From NCBI GenBank assembly GCA_051942205.1, contig JAVECO010000005.1:62001-126000 (forward strand): a DNA stretch of 64,000 nucleotides. The letters run 5' to 3'. The translations under genes and the position numbers were made by a program. Source of the stretch: Coniocarpon cinnabarinum (lineage: Eukaryota). Positions 1-12,750 of the stretch are shown here, in pieces. The notes beneath the pieces were generated by a model. The model saw only the letters and a program-made list of their open reading frames with translations, had not been told where the DNA came from and ran no database searches. Within the stretch, counting starts at the first letter, position 1. Each line of letters begins with the position of its first letter.

Positions 1-2527
1 GGAGCGGTTATGCTCCTTGCATGGCTCGTATATGGTGGCTTCCTATGGCAGTATGGACACGCGAGCAACAGGAAATATCTGCTGCTCCTGTGGAATGAGT
101 CTTTTTAATCCCTAGTGGAAGGTGCTTCGCCTTTGACGTCAAAACAGGGTGGTGCATAATCGGCATGAATGATAGACATGAATTCAAATGAAAAGGACTG
201 CAGTACCACTTGCTGAGATGCTCCCACCATTTTGTAATCTTCTGGCCTCCTTAGCAATCTCACCGGGGCTCGAGAGAGCTCAAAAATCAGCACAAGTACT
301 ACATAACTCTCTTACAACTCCGCATTGACCTTATCTTAACAAAAATAATACGCAAAGCTCATCCATAGACCCTTCTCCGGTCTGCTAAGGCATAGAGGTG
401 GCTTTTGAATACGGGCTGAGGCAAAGGATCTGGGCTTGCTCAGTAACAGTAGGACATGTCAATCCCTCGCCAATCTCAGACAGCTCGAGGATCCTGAGCC
501 CGCTCTGCAGCAAGAGAAGTCATGTCATGACACCAATCCGCCCGTGAACAAGCTCCTGCAACAGACAGAAAGTGAAGTCACCAGAATAGCTCCACGAATC
601 GACAATGCAGTCCCAGGCTCCTTCGCAAATGCTGCACTTCCGAAGATTCTCCCGTTATGAACCCAATCGAGTGAGCTGTTACCGCAGGTCTATGTCTGAG
701 CGGCACACAAGCCGCTTCGTCAAGACTGCACAAAAGCCGACCAGCTCCACGCACTCAGAAACAGTAAGTATTCCTGAATCTTATAGATACGTGGCGACAC
801 GTCGGGCCGCAAGCCGTTTGGATTGCGTGAATACTCGCTGTTCGATCAAGGTTGGCGGTCAAGACCCGACTCAGGCTTACAACGTCTCACACGATACAAC
901 GGGGAATAGGGCTTCACTTGCACTGCGAGTGCGGCTCACTCGCTACGCCGCATCACGGACCGTGACTCGGACCCAGGCATCGGCACGGGTTTTGGTAAGC
1001 TGCATCCTCTGATCGAGCTAGGAGTGTCATGGTAGGCCAAAGCTTCAAGGACAATGCATTCCTTCGAATTCTGAAGGTGGGAGCTGCATACGTTATGGAG
1101 GCACACAGACCGCCAGATCCTTCACGATCGAATAGTCAGCCTTATCGTGTTAATAAGGTTGCTTCACGGTAGCGATTCTGACGCAGAAATAGCCTGCGGA
1201 GATGAAAGGGCTGTTGGTTTTGCTTCAACCGCCCCTAGATATGGGAAAGGAAGCCGTGCGAAGCCCTCTCCAGCGGCCGAAATCCAAAAAGGGACATGTC
1301 ACGTGTAGCAGCTCCTCGAGGGCAGTGCACAAGGGTGGACTTGGACGTGTCTGACACCGCTGTCAGCAACGTCTGGACTCGGCCTGTTGATTTAAGAACT
1401 TGAGACAATGACAGTAGGCGCTGAGTGCTCGAGTGGACATCAAGACCAGTTCCAAATAAAGACTGGGCGCTTCGCAGAGGGCGTCAAAGGAGCGCTAGCG
1501 GCTACTGCGGCCAGCGCAAGTGTCAGAAGAGCGCGTCTATTTCTGCAGTGCGGCAGAGACGGCGGTTTGGGCGTCTGCACGCAGTCTTTTCTTGCAGCCG
1601 CCGTGGTTTCAATAGGAGGGGCACGGATTTTGAAGACGGTGTTCTGGCTCGGCGGATGGGCTGTTCTGGGAGAAGAGCTCAAACGCTCTGCACGATGACC
1701 GTTATGGGCCATTCCAACATGAATAGCTGGCACTTGACTACATCACGAGAGGCTACGGATGGGCGTGGCAAGAGCTCAGAAACAGGCTGGAGGACGCGCC
1801 CTCATTGGTGGCAGTGGATGGAATGTTGAACAAAGCTGAAAGCCTCCAGACAAGACGCGAGCTGGAATGCAGTCACAGCCACAAGGACATGCTGTGGCTG
1901 GTGCACATCACCACATGCTTCAACAAGCAGGTACCTAGCCCCTGACTCCAGCGTGAGAGCATCCCTGCTGAAATTACCGATGAGTCGGAGAGCATCCCTG
2001 AAAATCTCCCAGAGCTCATGGATGCGTGGCGATACCCTGTTCCATCTCGTCTGAAAATTGCAAATATGAAGATCCCGACGGTGACAGCTGTTGCCTTCCT
2101 GAATGGGGAGGCTGGACAGGAATGGACGACAGCGGCGTGATGGGACATGCGCTATGGACGATGCAGCAAGAAAAATGGCTGTCTGGCTCTATGACTGTCA
2201 CCGTACATACAGAGGACTCGGACAATTGTCACAGCTAGGCAAGCTTTAGGCGTGTATCAGGCCCGGCAACGGACACACCCAGAACGAGGGTGAATTTGGC
2301 AAACTCCTAAATGCGCCTCGCACTCGATCTGGGTGTTTGACGTCAACACTTGCGGTGAAGCGTGCGGGTGCGGTGACATATCGATAGCAGAGTAGGATGA
2401 TTGCGACTTGCCCAAACGTCACATCGGCGGACACCGTTACCAGATCTAGGGGAAAGTAAAGGAGCACGACAACACGTCTGCAACAGGCGCAGAGCACGGT
2501 GACTGGCGCTGGGCCGAGGGAAACGCG

Positions 2528-3078
2528 ACGCGTGACCGTGGACGGGTATGAAAGGAACGCCGCTAGCGAGCGTTTTGGGTAAGTCGCAAGACGTGCGCGT
2601 TCGTTTGGCTGCGTGCAGGGTTGGGACCCGGGCCAGGGCAGGTGGATGGAACGAACGATGATCACCTCTCCGCGACCAAACGCGGCGAAGAGGAAGGCGA
2701 GCAAGGCCAGAGGAGGGTAGCGCAAGCGGCGAGAGAGAGTGTGTGAGCGCGCCGGAGCAGCAGTGCCTTGCGTAGGGTCAGGTATGCTGCCACCTGTAAC
2801 GTAGCGATGCGCCCTTGACGGTGCTAAGCTGCTGCGCACAGTTGGGGAGTGGAGCTGGCACGCCCAAGCAGTCGCAGAGGCTAGAAAGGACGACAGGACC
2901 CTGTGCCCTGGATGGGTTCTTCTTTAGCTGCTGCACATCCACACGTCCAGACAGACTCTGTTGTTGTCAAGCTCTGCACAGTTGTCGCACTCGTCGCAGG
3001 CAGGCCGTCAGCAAGTCGCCGTGACTGGCAGACAAGACACCCAGCGCAGTCAAACAAGAACCCTCCCAACTGACGCGT
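2528..3078. promoter_or_regulatory. Two MCB-type ACGCGT elements upstream of the cyclin gene
   Basis: ACGCGT at 2528-2533 (preceded by an overlapping ACGCGA) and at 3073-3078. This fits G1/S regulation of Pcl1-type cyclins, but 6-mers occur by chance. Confidence 0.3.
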
Positions 3079-4348
3079 GACAGCCAGGGAGCTGCCATCC
3101 CAGGCCAACGCAGCCCGTTTCAGCCCTGGCTCAGCAGGCCGGTAGGTAGAGATCACCACATCACCTCGTAGCCTGGCAGCGACTCGCGCGGCCGCTTGGC
3201 CAAGGGAGAGCAACAGCAGTGCCACGACTCGCCGCCGCCGCCCGTTTCACGCTAGCCCTCCCGCGCCTAACCCTGCCCGATCAGATCGCCTCGCAGCCAA
3301 TCACTGTCCGCCCACACCAACCCACGGCGACCTCCTCCTCCTCCACCACCACCCACAGGCGCCTCGTCAAACACGGCCTGGAGAATAAGAACGCGGAGTC
3401 AGTCCCCCTTCTGAGGTGACTTGACTTCCCTTCCCTCCACGGCTCCGTGTCTGCTTTCCCAGAGCAGCATTTACTCTCTCCCTCTTCCCTTCCCTCTCTA
3501 CTAACCCATCCCTCCACCGGCTCGACATTGACTGTCAGCCTTACAGTCCTTCCTTTGGCACTGACGAAAAAAGCCCCCCTCTTGCGTCCCGCGTGGCCCA
3601 TCCGTTCCTCGAATACTTACCACCTGGCAACCTCTCTCCTTCGCGCCCTCACCTCGCTCCCGTCCTCGACCTTTTCTATCCCTCCAGCACACCCTCGCTT
3701 GGGATCGAGTCGACGAGGTGTCTTCTCTTCTAAGCCCCTCTGTTCCTGCGGGTATCACAGGCAAAGGGCAGCCAACTTGCACCATTCTTTGAGATCATAC
3801 ACTGTTCCGCCAGACTGCGGATCGGCTGCCTTTCGTTTCCACCAGCAGTCACAAGACACATTCGCTAGCCCGAAAAGTCCTTCTTTTCTTTTCAACGTCT
3901 CACCCAGTTCAAGAACCGATACCTGTTTTTGAAGAGCTCCACGCGCCGGCACGGGGGCCATTCTCGAACAATCTCACTGTGAGAAGAACAGGTAGCCTCT
4001 TCTGAGACCACTCACATCATTCTTACTACCAGGCCTACGTCAACCTACCATTGCCAGCCTCAGATCCCTGGGCTTTGGCTCTTCCCGAGCAAGTACCAAC
4101 CCAAAGGTCTTGCTCTGTTCTGGCCCTATTTCTCGCGATCTCCGGGACCCGTGATCCTGTCATCGGAGTCAGCCAATAGTTGCCAGTCTGTTCCATTCAA
4201 TCATTCACTTACACAACCTCTTGGGTCATTGAGGGGGGTCCAGTCACCAGTCATTCTCTTCCTCATTGTTGTCCGCGTTTTGTTTTAGAGACTCCTCCGG
4301 CAGGACTCGCAGCGCAACATACATTTTATACACACCATCTCTTCCACC

Positions 4349-5665
4349 ATGGCACCCTCAGCATCGTTCGTCGAACAGAACAAGGCAGCTCTGGACTACT
4401 TTGTCCACCTGCCTGTGAGCAGAGAAATGATCCACTACCTGGGCAAGAAAGCCAATGAGGTCATTCGCTGTGAACAGACTCCAGCCAGTGCTGCAGAAGT
4501 TCAACAAGCCAAGGGCTTACCACCCACACCACCAGCCACGCCTCCACAACAAGCAGCAACTCTGGCTTCTCGTGATCCTACTCTGCCATCCGTCGAAGAG
4601 TTCATCATGGCGCTAGTGCAGCAGTCACACGTGCAGGTGCCCACACTCATGACGACCTTGGTCTATCTCGATCGACTGAGATCACGCCTGCCACCTGTCG
4701 CTAAGGGTATGCGCTGCACAGTGCACCGCATCTTCCTCGCAGCTTTGATCCTCGCAGCGAAGAACCTCAATGACTCTTCGCCTAAGAACAAGCATTGGGC
4801 ACGGTATACCGCTGTTCCTGGCTACGACCGATTTTGCTTCTCGACGACGGAAGTCAACTTGATGGAGAAACAGCTGCTTTTCTTGCTTGATTGGGACCTG
4901 CGAGTCACCGAGGAACACCTGTACCTCCACTTCGAACCCTTTCTCGCCCCAATTCGACGACACTTGCAAGAGAAGGAGGCTGAGAAGCGACGAAAGGCCA
5001 TCCTTCGGGAGCAAGAAAAGGAGCGACAGCAGGAACAAGAACGCCAGCGTCGTCTGAGGGAGCAAAAGCAGCAACAGCAGCAACAACAGATGCTCCACAT
5101 CGCACTTGTCCAGCAGCGACAGCCGCGATTTGAGCGACAACACAGCTACGACTCTCCTCAAAGCGACATCGCGTACTCGATAGAAAGCGACAACTCTTAC
5201 CACCCACCACGACGCGCGTACGTCAAGCAACCATACAGCTCGCGATCATCGTCACTACTTCGAGACTTCTCGCGAACACCCTCGCTGTCACCACCCAGCC
5301 GCACAGACTCCTCTATGTCTCATCACACTCGATCAGAGGCAAGTGAGTCGCCGGCATCTTTGGCTTCCTTGTCACGATACCATGGAAACTACTCAACCAC
5401 CGATGTCTACGAGCCCATGATCGCAAGCTCATACCAAGCCGAGACCGCCGCCACCGTGGGCATGCCATCAGTTGTGCATGTACGATCAAACTCTGGGAAG
5501 CACCCTCAACTTCCATTACCCGTTGACGATGCATCGAAGCCGGTGAAGAAGCCTCGCGTCGGCGGCAACATCTTCACTCGCTTCCTTGGTCAGACGGGCA
5601 TGTACGGCACAAAGCACAGTCATCCAGTGCCGAACTCTGCATCACATGTTGCATCCGCGTGTTAG
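4349..5665 (+). CDS. PCL1: Pho85-type G1 cyclin (Pcl1/PclA family)
   Basis: Intronless 438-aa ORF. Cyclin box [26 protein letters not shown]...[28 protein letters not shown]...[17 protein letters not shown], followed by a Q/S-rich tail. Confidence 0.93.
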   Translation: MAPSASFVEQNKAALDYFVHLPVSREMIHYLGKKANEVIRCEQTPASAAEVQQAKGLPPTPPATPPQQAATLASRDPTLPSVEEFIMALVQQSHVQVPTLMTTLVYLDRLRSRLPPVAKGMRCTVHRIFLAALILAAKNLNDSSPKNKHWARYTAVPGYDRFCFSTTEVNLMEKQLLFLLDWDLRVTEEHLYLHFEPFLAPIRRHLQEKEAEKRRKAILREQEKERQQEQERQRRLREQKQQQQQQQMLHIALVQQRQPRFERQHSYDSPQSDIAYSIESDNSYHPPRRAYVKQPYSSRSSSLLRDFSRTPSLSPPSRTDSSMSHHTRSEASESPASLASLSRYHGNYSTTDVYEPMIASSYQAETAATVGMPSVVHVRSNSGKHPQLPLPVDDASKPVKKPRVGGNIFTRFLGQTGMYGTKHSHPVPNSASHVASAC

Positions 5666-6765
5666 GAACACGGAGCAATGTTGCAGACAACACCTTGCCA
5701 TCGTCGTCAGAACGCGGAGATGTGGCTGCCACTTCTCGCTGGCACTGTTACACCAAGTGTTGGCACGAACAGTGTTTGTCACCGGCGTCAGTCCGCGCAA
5801 TACCAGATTCCGACAGTCATCGGCGCTGTTCCATCACACCCAAGCAGGAACTCAGTGTGCCATCGACGTCAGTCCGCGGTCTGTCAGTCCCCGTTCGCTC
5901 TCGGCATCATCCTACCAGATTCAAGCACCAACAATGCGTTGACCGCGTTGAGCCTCGCGCCACCACAGTGCGCAGCCATGGGCTGAGCGAACCAGACGAA
6001 GCGGCGTCACCGGACCACCGCTTCATCCTCTCTCTCGTATATTTCCCATTTACAGACACTCAGTGTTGATTCACTCTCTTATGATACTCGCATCGCATGG
6101 CGGTTACGATGACGAGACCTACAGATATGTTATGATTAATGACCGACCCGTCGTATCGGAAGGCAGACGAGATGCGTCATGCGCGTGGAGGGGACAGGAG
6201 CATGACGAGCTCGAGATGAGACGAGGCAGCAGAGATATACACATGCAGATATTGGACGAGATCTTGGGGCGGGATTGCCTAGATTTGCCTAGTCGATCTT
6301 GAGTATAGATTCCATCCATTGGCAGCAATAGGGTGAATGATATCCGATCAATCGCTTCAATTTGTTTTCCCTTCTTCTTGCTCCATTCTTCGTTTTCTCG
6401 TGGCCTTCTGAAGCTGCTCTTTAGACGGACAAATTCGGTTGGATCCCAGTCAGCAGGATTGATCCTTCAGATGGATAGTGTACTCGGCGGAACTTTGAAC
6501 TGATACTTCCCGCCCCGCTACGTCACGACTCTAGGTAGAAACTCAAGCTCCTAATAAGTCTGCCTACTTCTGTGGAGCACTCCTCCAAACACGCCATGAA
6601 GACATAAAGAAAGCCGGGCCGTCCCTTCATCTTACTCTTATGTTACCTGCCAGACGTACACCTCCATCTCATCCTCGGTGACTACAGCATTCCTCAAAAG
6701 CGCTGGCACCTCCGCAACCTGTTCAGCTCTCTCCATCCTCCTTGAATACAACTCCATACGCCCTC

Positions 6766-7985
6766 ATGGCTATCATACACTCACTCCTCCACGCCACCAA
6801 TTTCGCTAATCCCTTCCTCCGGACTCTCGTTCCATCCGTGGCGACTGCGTTTGGGCTCCAGGCCGCTGTAGCCATTCCTTCGATTGCGTTCCAATCTGAG
6901 AGGTTCTACGACCTTTCTGGTGTGTTTTGAATCGATTGTTCTCGGGGGAGAGTGTAGTTGGGTTGGGAGTGTGGCTGATTTGAAGATGACAGGTTCTTTG
7001 ACTTATCTCACTTGTACGGCGCTTTCGCTTTATCTACCTACGCTTAGGGCGCGGGCGCTGGCGTCTCAATCTGGCTCTGTACGTGGACCACTCCCTGATC
7101 TCCCTGACAAAGCCCAAACATGGTGATGGCCCGTCAACTCGAGATCACAACGACTGTCCCTTCTCTCCACCTTCCAATCCCCTCCCCCCCACTTTCCTCC
7201 ACTTTCCACCACTCTCCACCACCCTCACTAACAGCATCAAGCCCCTCCCCGCCTGGCCCTCCATCCTCGGCGCCCTCCGCGGCGCCCCCAACGCCGGCCT
7301 CAACTGGCGCCAAGTCCTGTTATCAACCTTCGTCTCCATCTGGGCGACCCGCCTCGGCACCTTTTTGTTCTCGCGCATCACCGCCGAAAACGGGCGAGAC
7401 TCCCGCTTCGATTCCATCCGCGGCTCCGTCCCCAAGTTCTTCGGCGCCTTCATGGCGCAAGCCACCTGGGTCACTCTGTGCATGATGCCCGTCCTCGCCA
7501 TGAACAGTTTACCTTTGTCCGCGTTCCCGGCGGGTCTGGGGCTGGGATTGGTGGATCTAGTGGGGCTGGTCATGTACGTCGGTGGGATTACATTTGAGGC
7601 GACGGCCGATCGGCAGAAAAGTCGATGGATGGCCGCGAAGCGCGAGAAGAAGCATTCAGAAGAATTCCTGACAAAAGGCCTATGGGGCAAGAGTCGGCAT
7701 CCGAATTACTTCGGGGAGGTGACGCTTTGGACGGGGATTGCGACGGTGGCGGCAGGAAGTCTAGCCAGTACGCAGGGACTCGCGGGCGTGGGCTTGGGCA
7801 CCGGCGTGGGAGGGTTATTGCTGAGTCTGGCCATGGCGGGGGTGAGTCCGGCGTTTACCAGTTTCCTGCTCTTCTTTGTGAGTGGGATTCCGATGAGTGA
7901 GAAGAAATACGATGAGCGCTTCAAGGATAATAAGGACTATCAGAAGTGGAAGAGGGAGGTGCCTGTGTTTTTTCCCAAGTTGTGA
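6766..7985 (+). CDS. DUF1295 / steroid 5-alpha-reductase-like membrane protein (3 exons)
   Basis: Exons 6766-6919, 6993-7078 and 7242-7985 join in frame. Motifs SERFYDLSGSLTY, DSRFD, EATADRQK, GLWGKSRHPNYFGE and SGIPMSE. Confidence 0.9.
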
Positions 7986-8427
7986 GGGATGGACATCGAG
8001 AGATGTCGTGGGTTGACCAAAGGCAATCTGAGATCGGGCGAGAGCAACGCAGTTCATACCGACAGTAATCTTGGGCCAGCTTATTGAAAAAGCTTCTCGA
8101 TTAAAGCTTTGAGGGCGGTCAATGAATATACCGAACCGAGTGTGCGGGTCGCCGATAGGAAAACGAAACCAAGTCGCTAGTATGGAAATGTAGATCCTAT
8201 AGCCAGCGATGGCATAAGTTGTAAATAAATTTTACACCTCGGATCCAAAGATCTTCAATGCCACTTTCATAAACTAAATTGTTAGGCCTATGTGCATGTT
8301 TTGCTTTCCATCCAGCAATCGTTTCATTCCTTCATAATGACATCAATGGTTGATTTTGATATGATATTCGCTCCAAACGCTGACTGCAAAATCACCAAAC
8401 CCCGCTCGATACCAGCAACTATCCAAC

Positions 8428-9501
8428 TCAAGACTCTCCGTTCACCTGGCCCTCCCCTCCACCGTATCCGCCACCATCGTCAACGCCATACTGTCTCCTG
8501 ATTCTCTCGTCCTCTCTCGCTGCGGCCGCCGCTTCCGTCTCCGCCCTGAGCTTCGCCATATTCCACACATCGTCATCATCATCATCCTCGTCCCCTTCCT
8601 CATCATCACTCCCCTCATACCCCCCACTTTCAAACAACGCCCGCCCACTTGCCTCCTTCGCCTTCTTCGCCTCCTCCTCCGCGGCCCTCTTATCCATCCG
8701 CTCCTTCTTCCACTTCGCAAACGTCTCCTCCGTCACGGGCGTCAAATGACTCCCACTCAGCTTATGCCGTTCCGTCTCTAGCCAGTCTTCGAGCGTGAGC
8801 GTGTTCAGCGGCGACTTGTCAGCCAACGCCTTCTCCGCCGCCCGCTGCTCCTTCGTCTTCAGCACGAACCCCGCCGGCAGCGAGTGCTTGTACTTGCACG
8901 CGTCCCCGCCGTTCGGACACGTCCAGAACCAGCCGTATTTCCCGTTCTCCACCGCCTCGATGAAGTACTTGCACACCTTGTCCGTCGTCGTCTTCGGGTT
9001 CCCGTGCTTGCTGAGCACCACGCTGCGCAGCTTCGCCTCGTCCCAATCCGCCATGTCGTCTTTCTTCTTGTCGTCCTCGCCGTTTTCGCCGCCGTCCTCC
9101 CGCTGGTCAACGTACAGGTTCTTCTTTTCGACCTTCCGCTCGACATCCGGATCGTGGCTGAATTTGCATTTCCGGCCCTTGTCGCACATGCCCTTCTTGT
9201 AGAACTGGCAGAGCACCGTTTTGGGATCGACGCCGAAGGGCACCTTCTGCGTCTGCACCGGCTTGAACAGCTCGGCGGTCTCCCGCTTCGCCTGTTCTGC
9301 GGCGTCCTTCTCCCGCTGCTTCTGCGCCTTCTCCGCGTCTTTGCGCTTCTGCTCCGCGGACTTGTTGGACGCGGACTGCGCTTCCAGCTGCTTGATTTGT
9401 TTCTGGGCGGCGCCGCCCTTTTTGTTCTTCATGCCGAAGGTCTTGTCGACTTGGGCTTTGGAGGCCTTCGCTGGTTTTTCATCTTTCTTTTTGGGCGGCA
9501 T
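8428..9501 (-). CDS. TMA46: Translation machinery-associated CCCH zinc finger protein (Tma46/ZC3H15/DFRP1)
   Basis: DKTFGMKNKKG, QKVPFGVDPKTVLC, two CCCH fingers, KYGWFWTCPNGG and the DFRP C-terminal region LTPVTEETFAKWKKER. Confidence 0.95.
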   Translation of the reverse strand: MPPKKKDEKPAKASKAQVDKTFGMKNKKGGAAQKQIKQLEAQSASNKSAEQKRKDAEKAQKQREKDAAEQAKRETAELFKPVQTQKVPFGVDPKTVLCQFYKKGMCDKGRKCKFSHDPDVERKVEKKNLYVDQREDGGENGEDDKKKDDMADWDEAKLRSVVLSKHGNPKTTTDKVCKYFIEAVENGKYGWFWTCPNGGDACKYKHSLPAGFVLKTKEQRAAEKALADKSPLNTLTLEDWLETERHKLSGSHLTPVTEETFAKWKKERMDKRAAEEEAKKAKEASGRALFESGGYEGSDDEEGDEDDDDDDVWNMAKLRAETEAAAAAREDERIRRQYGVDDGGGYGGGEGQVNGES

Positions 9502-10462
9502 GGTGGCGGGCGGGCCGCGGGTGAGGGGTCAGGACCAGAGGAGCAAAATCGTCGAGTTGTGAAATAGGCAACGTGTCAGTTGGAATGGACAACTGATGGT
9601 AAGTTGTGAGCAGGGGTGTGAGAGGGAATGAATGCAAGGAGAGTTTAGTTTGCAGTGGTAAGGGCAGCTTGGAGCTGGAGACAGATGCGTGATAGATTAT
9701 CCAAATTGGCCAAATCGAAGGTGTATAGTGGAGATGAGCAATGACAGTCCTCAAAACGCCAGTGGGCCTCTGCAGTAGTGGGGCTTGGGCAGGGTGCAGA
9801 TAATAAACGTGATGGTTATGCTTCACGGCGCCATCACCCAGTCCCAGTCCCTTACTCATCAGGACTGTTGTCAAGTATTCACGCGCGTCAAAAACTGTCA
9901 GTAATCGATAGAAAACACTCCGGGCCTTCTTACGAATGCAAAAGCCTCGTGGATCAGTGTGACCCACACCTCGCGCGATAAGCCGAGTACTGGCTCCTCC
10001 TGAAGTGATCCAGCGTCAACGTCACGCCAACGAACAGACTGGCGACGGGAACCACCTTCCGCTGACCGGTCACCGTGGGACCGCACATAAGTGGACCTCA
10101 AAGAGTCTCATAGTCAGAAGTGTAGGAACAGAGCGCAAACGTGAGAGACATGCAAATTCCATTGCCTAGATCCGGTAAGGCGCCGCGCCACAGAACGACT
10201 TGTATGAAGCTCAGGAGAAGGAGCTGAGCTGGACCAGCCCGTAGGGATGTGATAAATGATGATGCCTTGCTTAAGAATCAGTCAAGCACCGGAACGTGTA
10301 TATGCTTTTAGCGGTCAATCTCCCGCGTTGTAGGTTAACCCACGTCCAGTGATCATTTGAAGGATATAAAAGTTGGCACATGCGTGGGATGATTTGACTT
10401 TTTCATCATCTCAATCTTCTTCCAATACAAGCTTTGCAACAGGAACGACGGCCGTGTCCAAC

Positions 10463-11264
10463 ATGTCTTCTCACACAGGCATCTCGGCCCCCACTGGCAA
10501 GCCATTCGTAGCAGCAGTCCTCGCAGAAGCGGTCCAGCTTTCAGACATCATGTGTATCGACCTCCTAGCCAGCTGCTCCACCGAGTACGCCCAGGCCAGC
10601 TCCGAGTTCATTGGGAGCCATCTTCTCCCACACTCGACTCCGATGACCATACACTGGCCTTCTTCGACCTTGCAGCCAGCCAGCACGACGGCCAATCTCC
10701 AGTTCCAGCCGACGTGCACATACGACGAATGCCCGCGAGACCTGGATCTTTTGCTCGTCGGAGGACCGTCGCCGACTCATCGCCCCGCTGGGGCAGAGAA
10801 GCTCATGAAAGAATGTTGGGCTCGGACAAAGGTTGTGATGACGACCTGTGTGGGCAGTTTTTGGCTAGCGAGCAGTGGCGTGCTTAACGGTCACCGGCAA
10901 GTTCTCCCGGTCGACAACCCCAGATGGCTGTTGACATTTTCAGTGCTACGACAAACCGTGGCTTCCTAAAACAAGCACAACAGCTCGCACCCGCGGTGAA
11001 ATGGGAGTACGCCCGTTGGGTGGTAGAGAAGAAGGAAGGCGGTGAGCTATGGACGAGTGGTGGTGCTCAAGCTGGTAGGATCAATTGCTAAGCACGCGAT
11101 GGAGAATAACACGCTAATGAGGGGTACTAGGCTTCGATATGATGGCTGAGTACCTCCGGTCAAGGTTTCCAGCTCAAGCGGCAGGATGGGCCATTGAGGC
11201 ACTGGACGTTGCGGAAAATGAACGCGGAATCGCCTACAAAGAGCCGGCAGCTAGCTTCATGTGA
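10463..11264 (+). CDS. DJ-1/PfpI family protein (3 exons)
   Basis: Motifs DLLLVGGP, nucleophile elbow TTCVGSFWLA, ATTNR and LWTSGGAQAG. Introns at 10897-10943 (GC-AG) and 11075-11130. Confidence 0.85.
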
Positions 11265-11386
11265 AAGGCTACTAGTCGATCTGCACCGCTGAATGTCAAG
11301 GCTGGCGAGGATAGAGAAGCAATAGCTTTGATTCTGTCTGTATTCGATGATCATGTAACCGAATGCCACACGACGTCAATGTCCAT

Positions 11387-12750
11387 CTAACCCGACAGTC
11401 CCTCATATACCGCAGTCTCACACTGCGCCCAAGCACCCATGACCGTCATGTCTCCGAATGGCAGTATTTGCCCTGCGATCATGCCACCGACACCCTTCTC
11501 CCGGTCAGCCCACCAAAACAGGTTACAAATACCTGCCCACTGAATGCCGTTAGCTCCTCGTCCAGTTGGACTTGGCTCTTTGGTGATCAAGAAGCTCAAT
11601 CCCCATCCTTGATCGGGGTTCCCAGGTTGAGGGGCAAGGGCGGGCACTGAATTCGCAAGCCATGGCTTCGACGTGTGGATGGGTTCGTAAGAGAACCGCG
11701 GGAACTGCGGGATTTGGTTTGTGGTCATTTCCTTGATTGTTTCAGGTTTCAGAATCTGCTTATGAGTCGTCGGCGAGGTACCGTCATTCAGCAGCGTCGA
11801 GATGATTTCTGTGTAGGAGACCGTGAGCTTTCGCGAACACTTTCTGCAGCCTACGAGGAGACTTACTGCAATATTCCTTGGGCTTCGAAAACAGCCCATG
11901 GCCTCCTGCATTGAAGATAAACTTCCTCTGATCGGGTTGATCTGCCATGTAGATGGCTCGTCGGAACGGATGATCGATCTCTTCAACACTGCCATCTGGA
12001 CGCCTCTGAGCGACAGCTACGAGATGCTCGCGCATGTGCTTGTTCGGGAACATGGTGGTGTCCTTCACGCCTAGTGGCTCAAAGATGTGCTTTTGAAAGT
12101 AGTCGTCCAGCTTCATGCCTGTGACTCGCTCGACGTACAGACCGGCCCAGTCTATGTTGGTCTAGGAGCATCTGACATTAGTCATCATTCGCCGACGAGA
12201 TAACTGAAATAGCAACACCTACGCCATACTGCCAACGTGAACCCGGTTGGTTCACTGGCGGGCTCTGCGCAATGTCCTTGAAGTCTCCGTCAAACTCCTC
12301 GAAGCCAGTCGGTCTCCCCAAATCACGGATCTTGGACTCCCAAAACGAGTAGCCGAAGCCAGCAGTATGCGTGAGGAGCATGCGCATCGTAATGTTGCCC
12401 TTTCGAGGCTCCCATTTCCCAGACTCGACCAGGACTTTGTCCGCCGCCTGGACCTCGGGCAGGACGTCGTACAATAGCTTCGAGCTGTCCAAGTCCAGCT
12501 TGCCCTGCTCTACAAGCTGCATGCAAGCGATCCCAGTCACCATCTTGGTGCAAGAAGCAATCCAGAAGACGCTGTCTTCGTCCATTTTACGAGCCAGCTC
12601 AGGTCCATGGTGACCCGAAGCTTGCTGCGTGATTATCTCGCCATTCTTGTTGACGGCGGTGAAAACAAGACCTGGCACCCCGGTTCCTTTGGTCGAGGAG
12701 TCCAGTGCTGTTTTGATCTTCTGCTGTGAAGCAGCCGATATCTGAGGCAT
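11387..12750 (-). CDS. Beta-lactamase-family serine hydrolase / LovD-like transesterase (3 exons)
   Basis: FWIASCTK (SxxK), LLTHTAGFGY, PGSRWQYG, GGHGLFS and WAGICNLFWWADR across three ORF pieces joined by two short introns. Confidence 0.92.

Noticed and set aside
1..2900. Several 60-200 aa ORFs at the window start
   Set aside because: No recognisable motifs or coherent splice model. Treated as intergenic or upstream region of the cyclin.
5598..5686. An intron that would remove the cyclin stop codon
   Set aside because: No good CTRAC branch site, and the candidate GTACGG donor with the TAG acceptor does not lead into the CHRRQ frame.
7974..7985. C-terminal PKL of the DUF1295 protein as a peroxisomal PTS1
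   Set aside because: Weak variant on a polytopic membrane protein. FFPK-like ends are ordinary for the family.
8795..9567. Long antisense ORFs over TMA46, and likewise over PRP17, NUO51 and epsin
   Set aside because: Shadow ORFs caused by GC-rich codon bias of the real genes.
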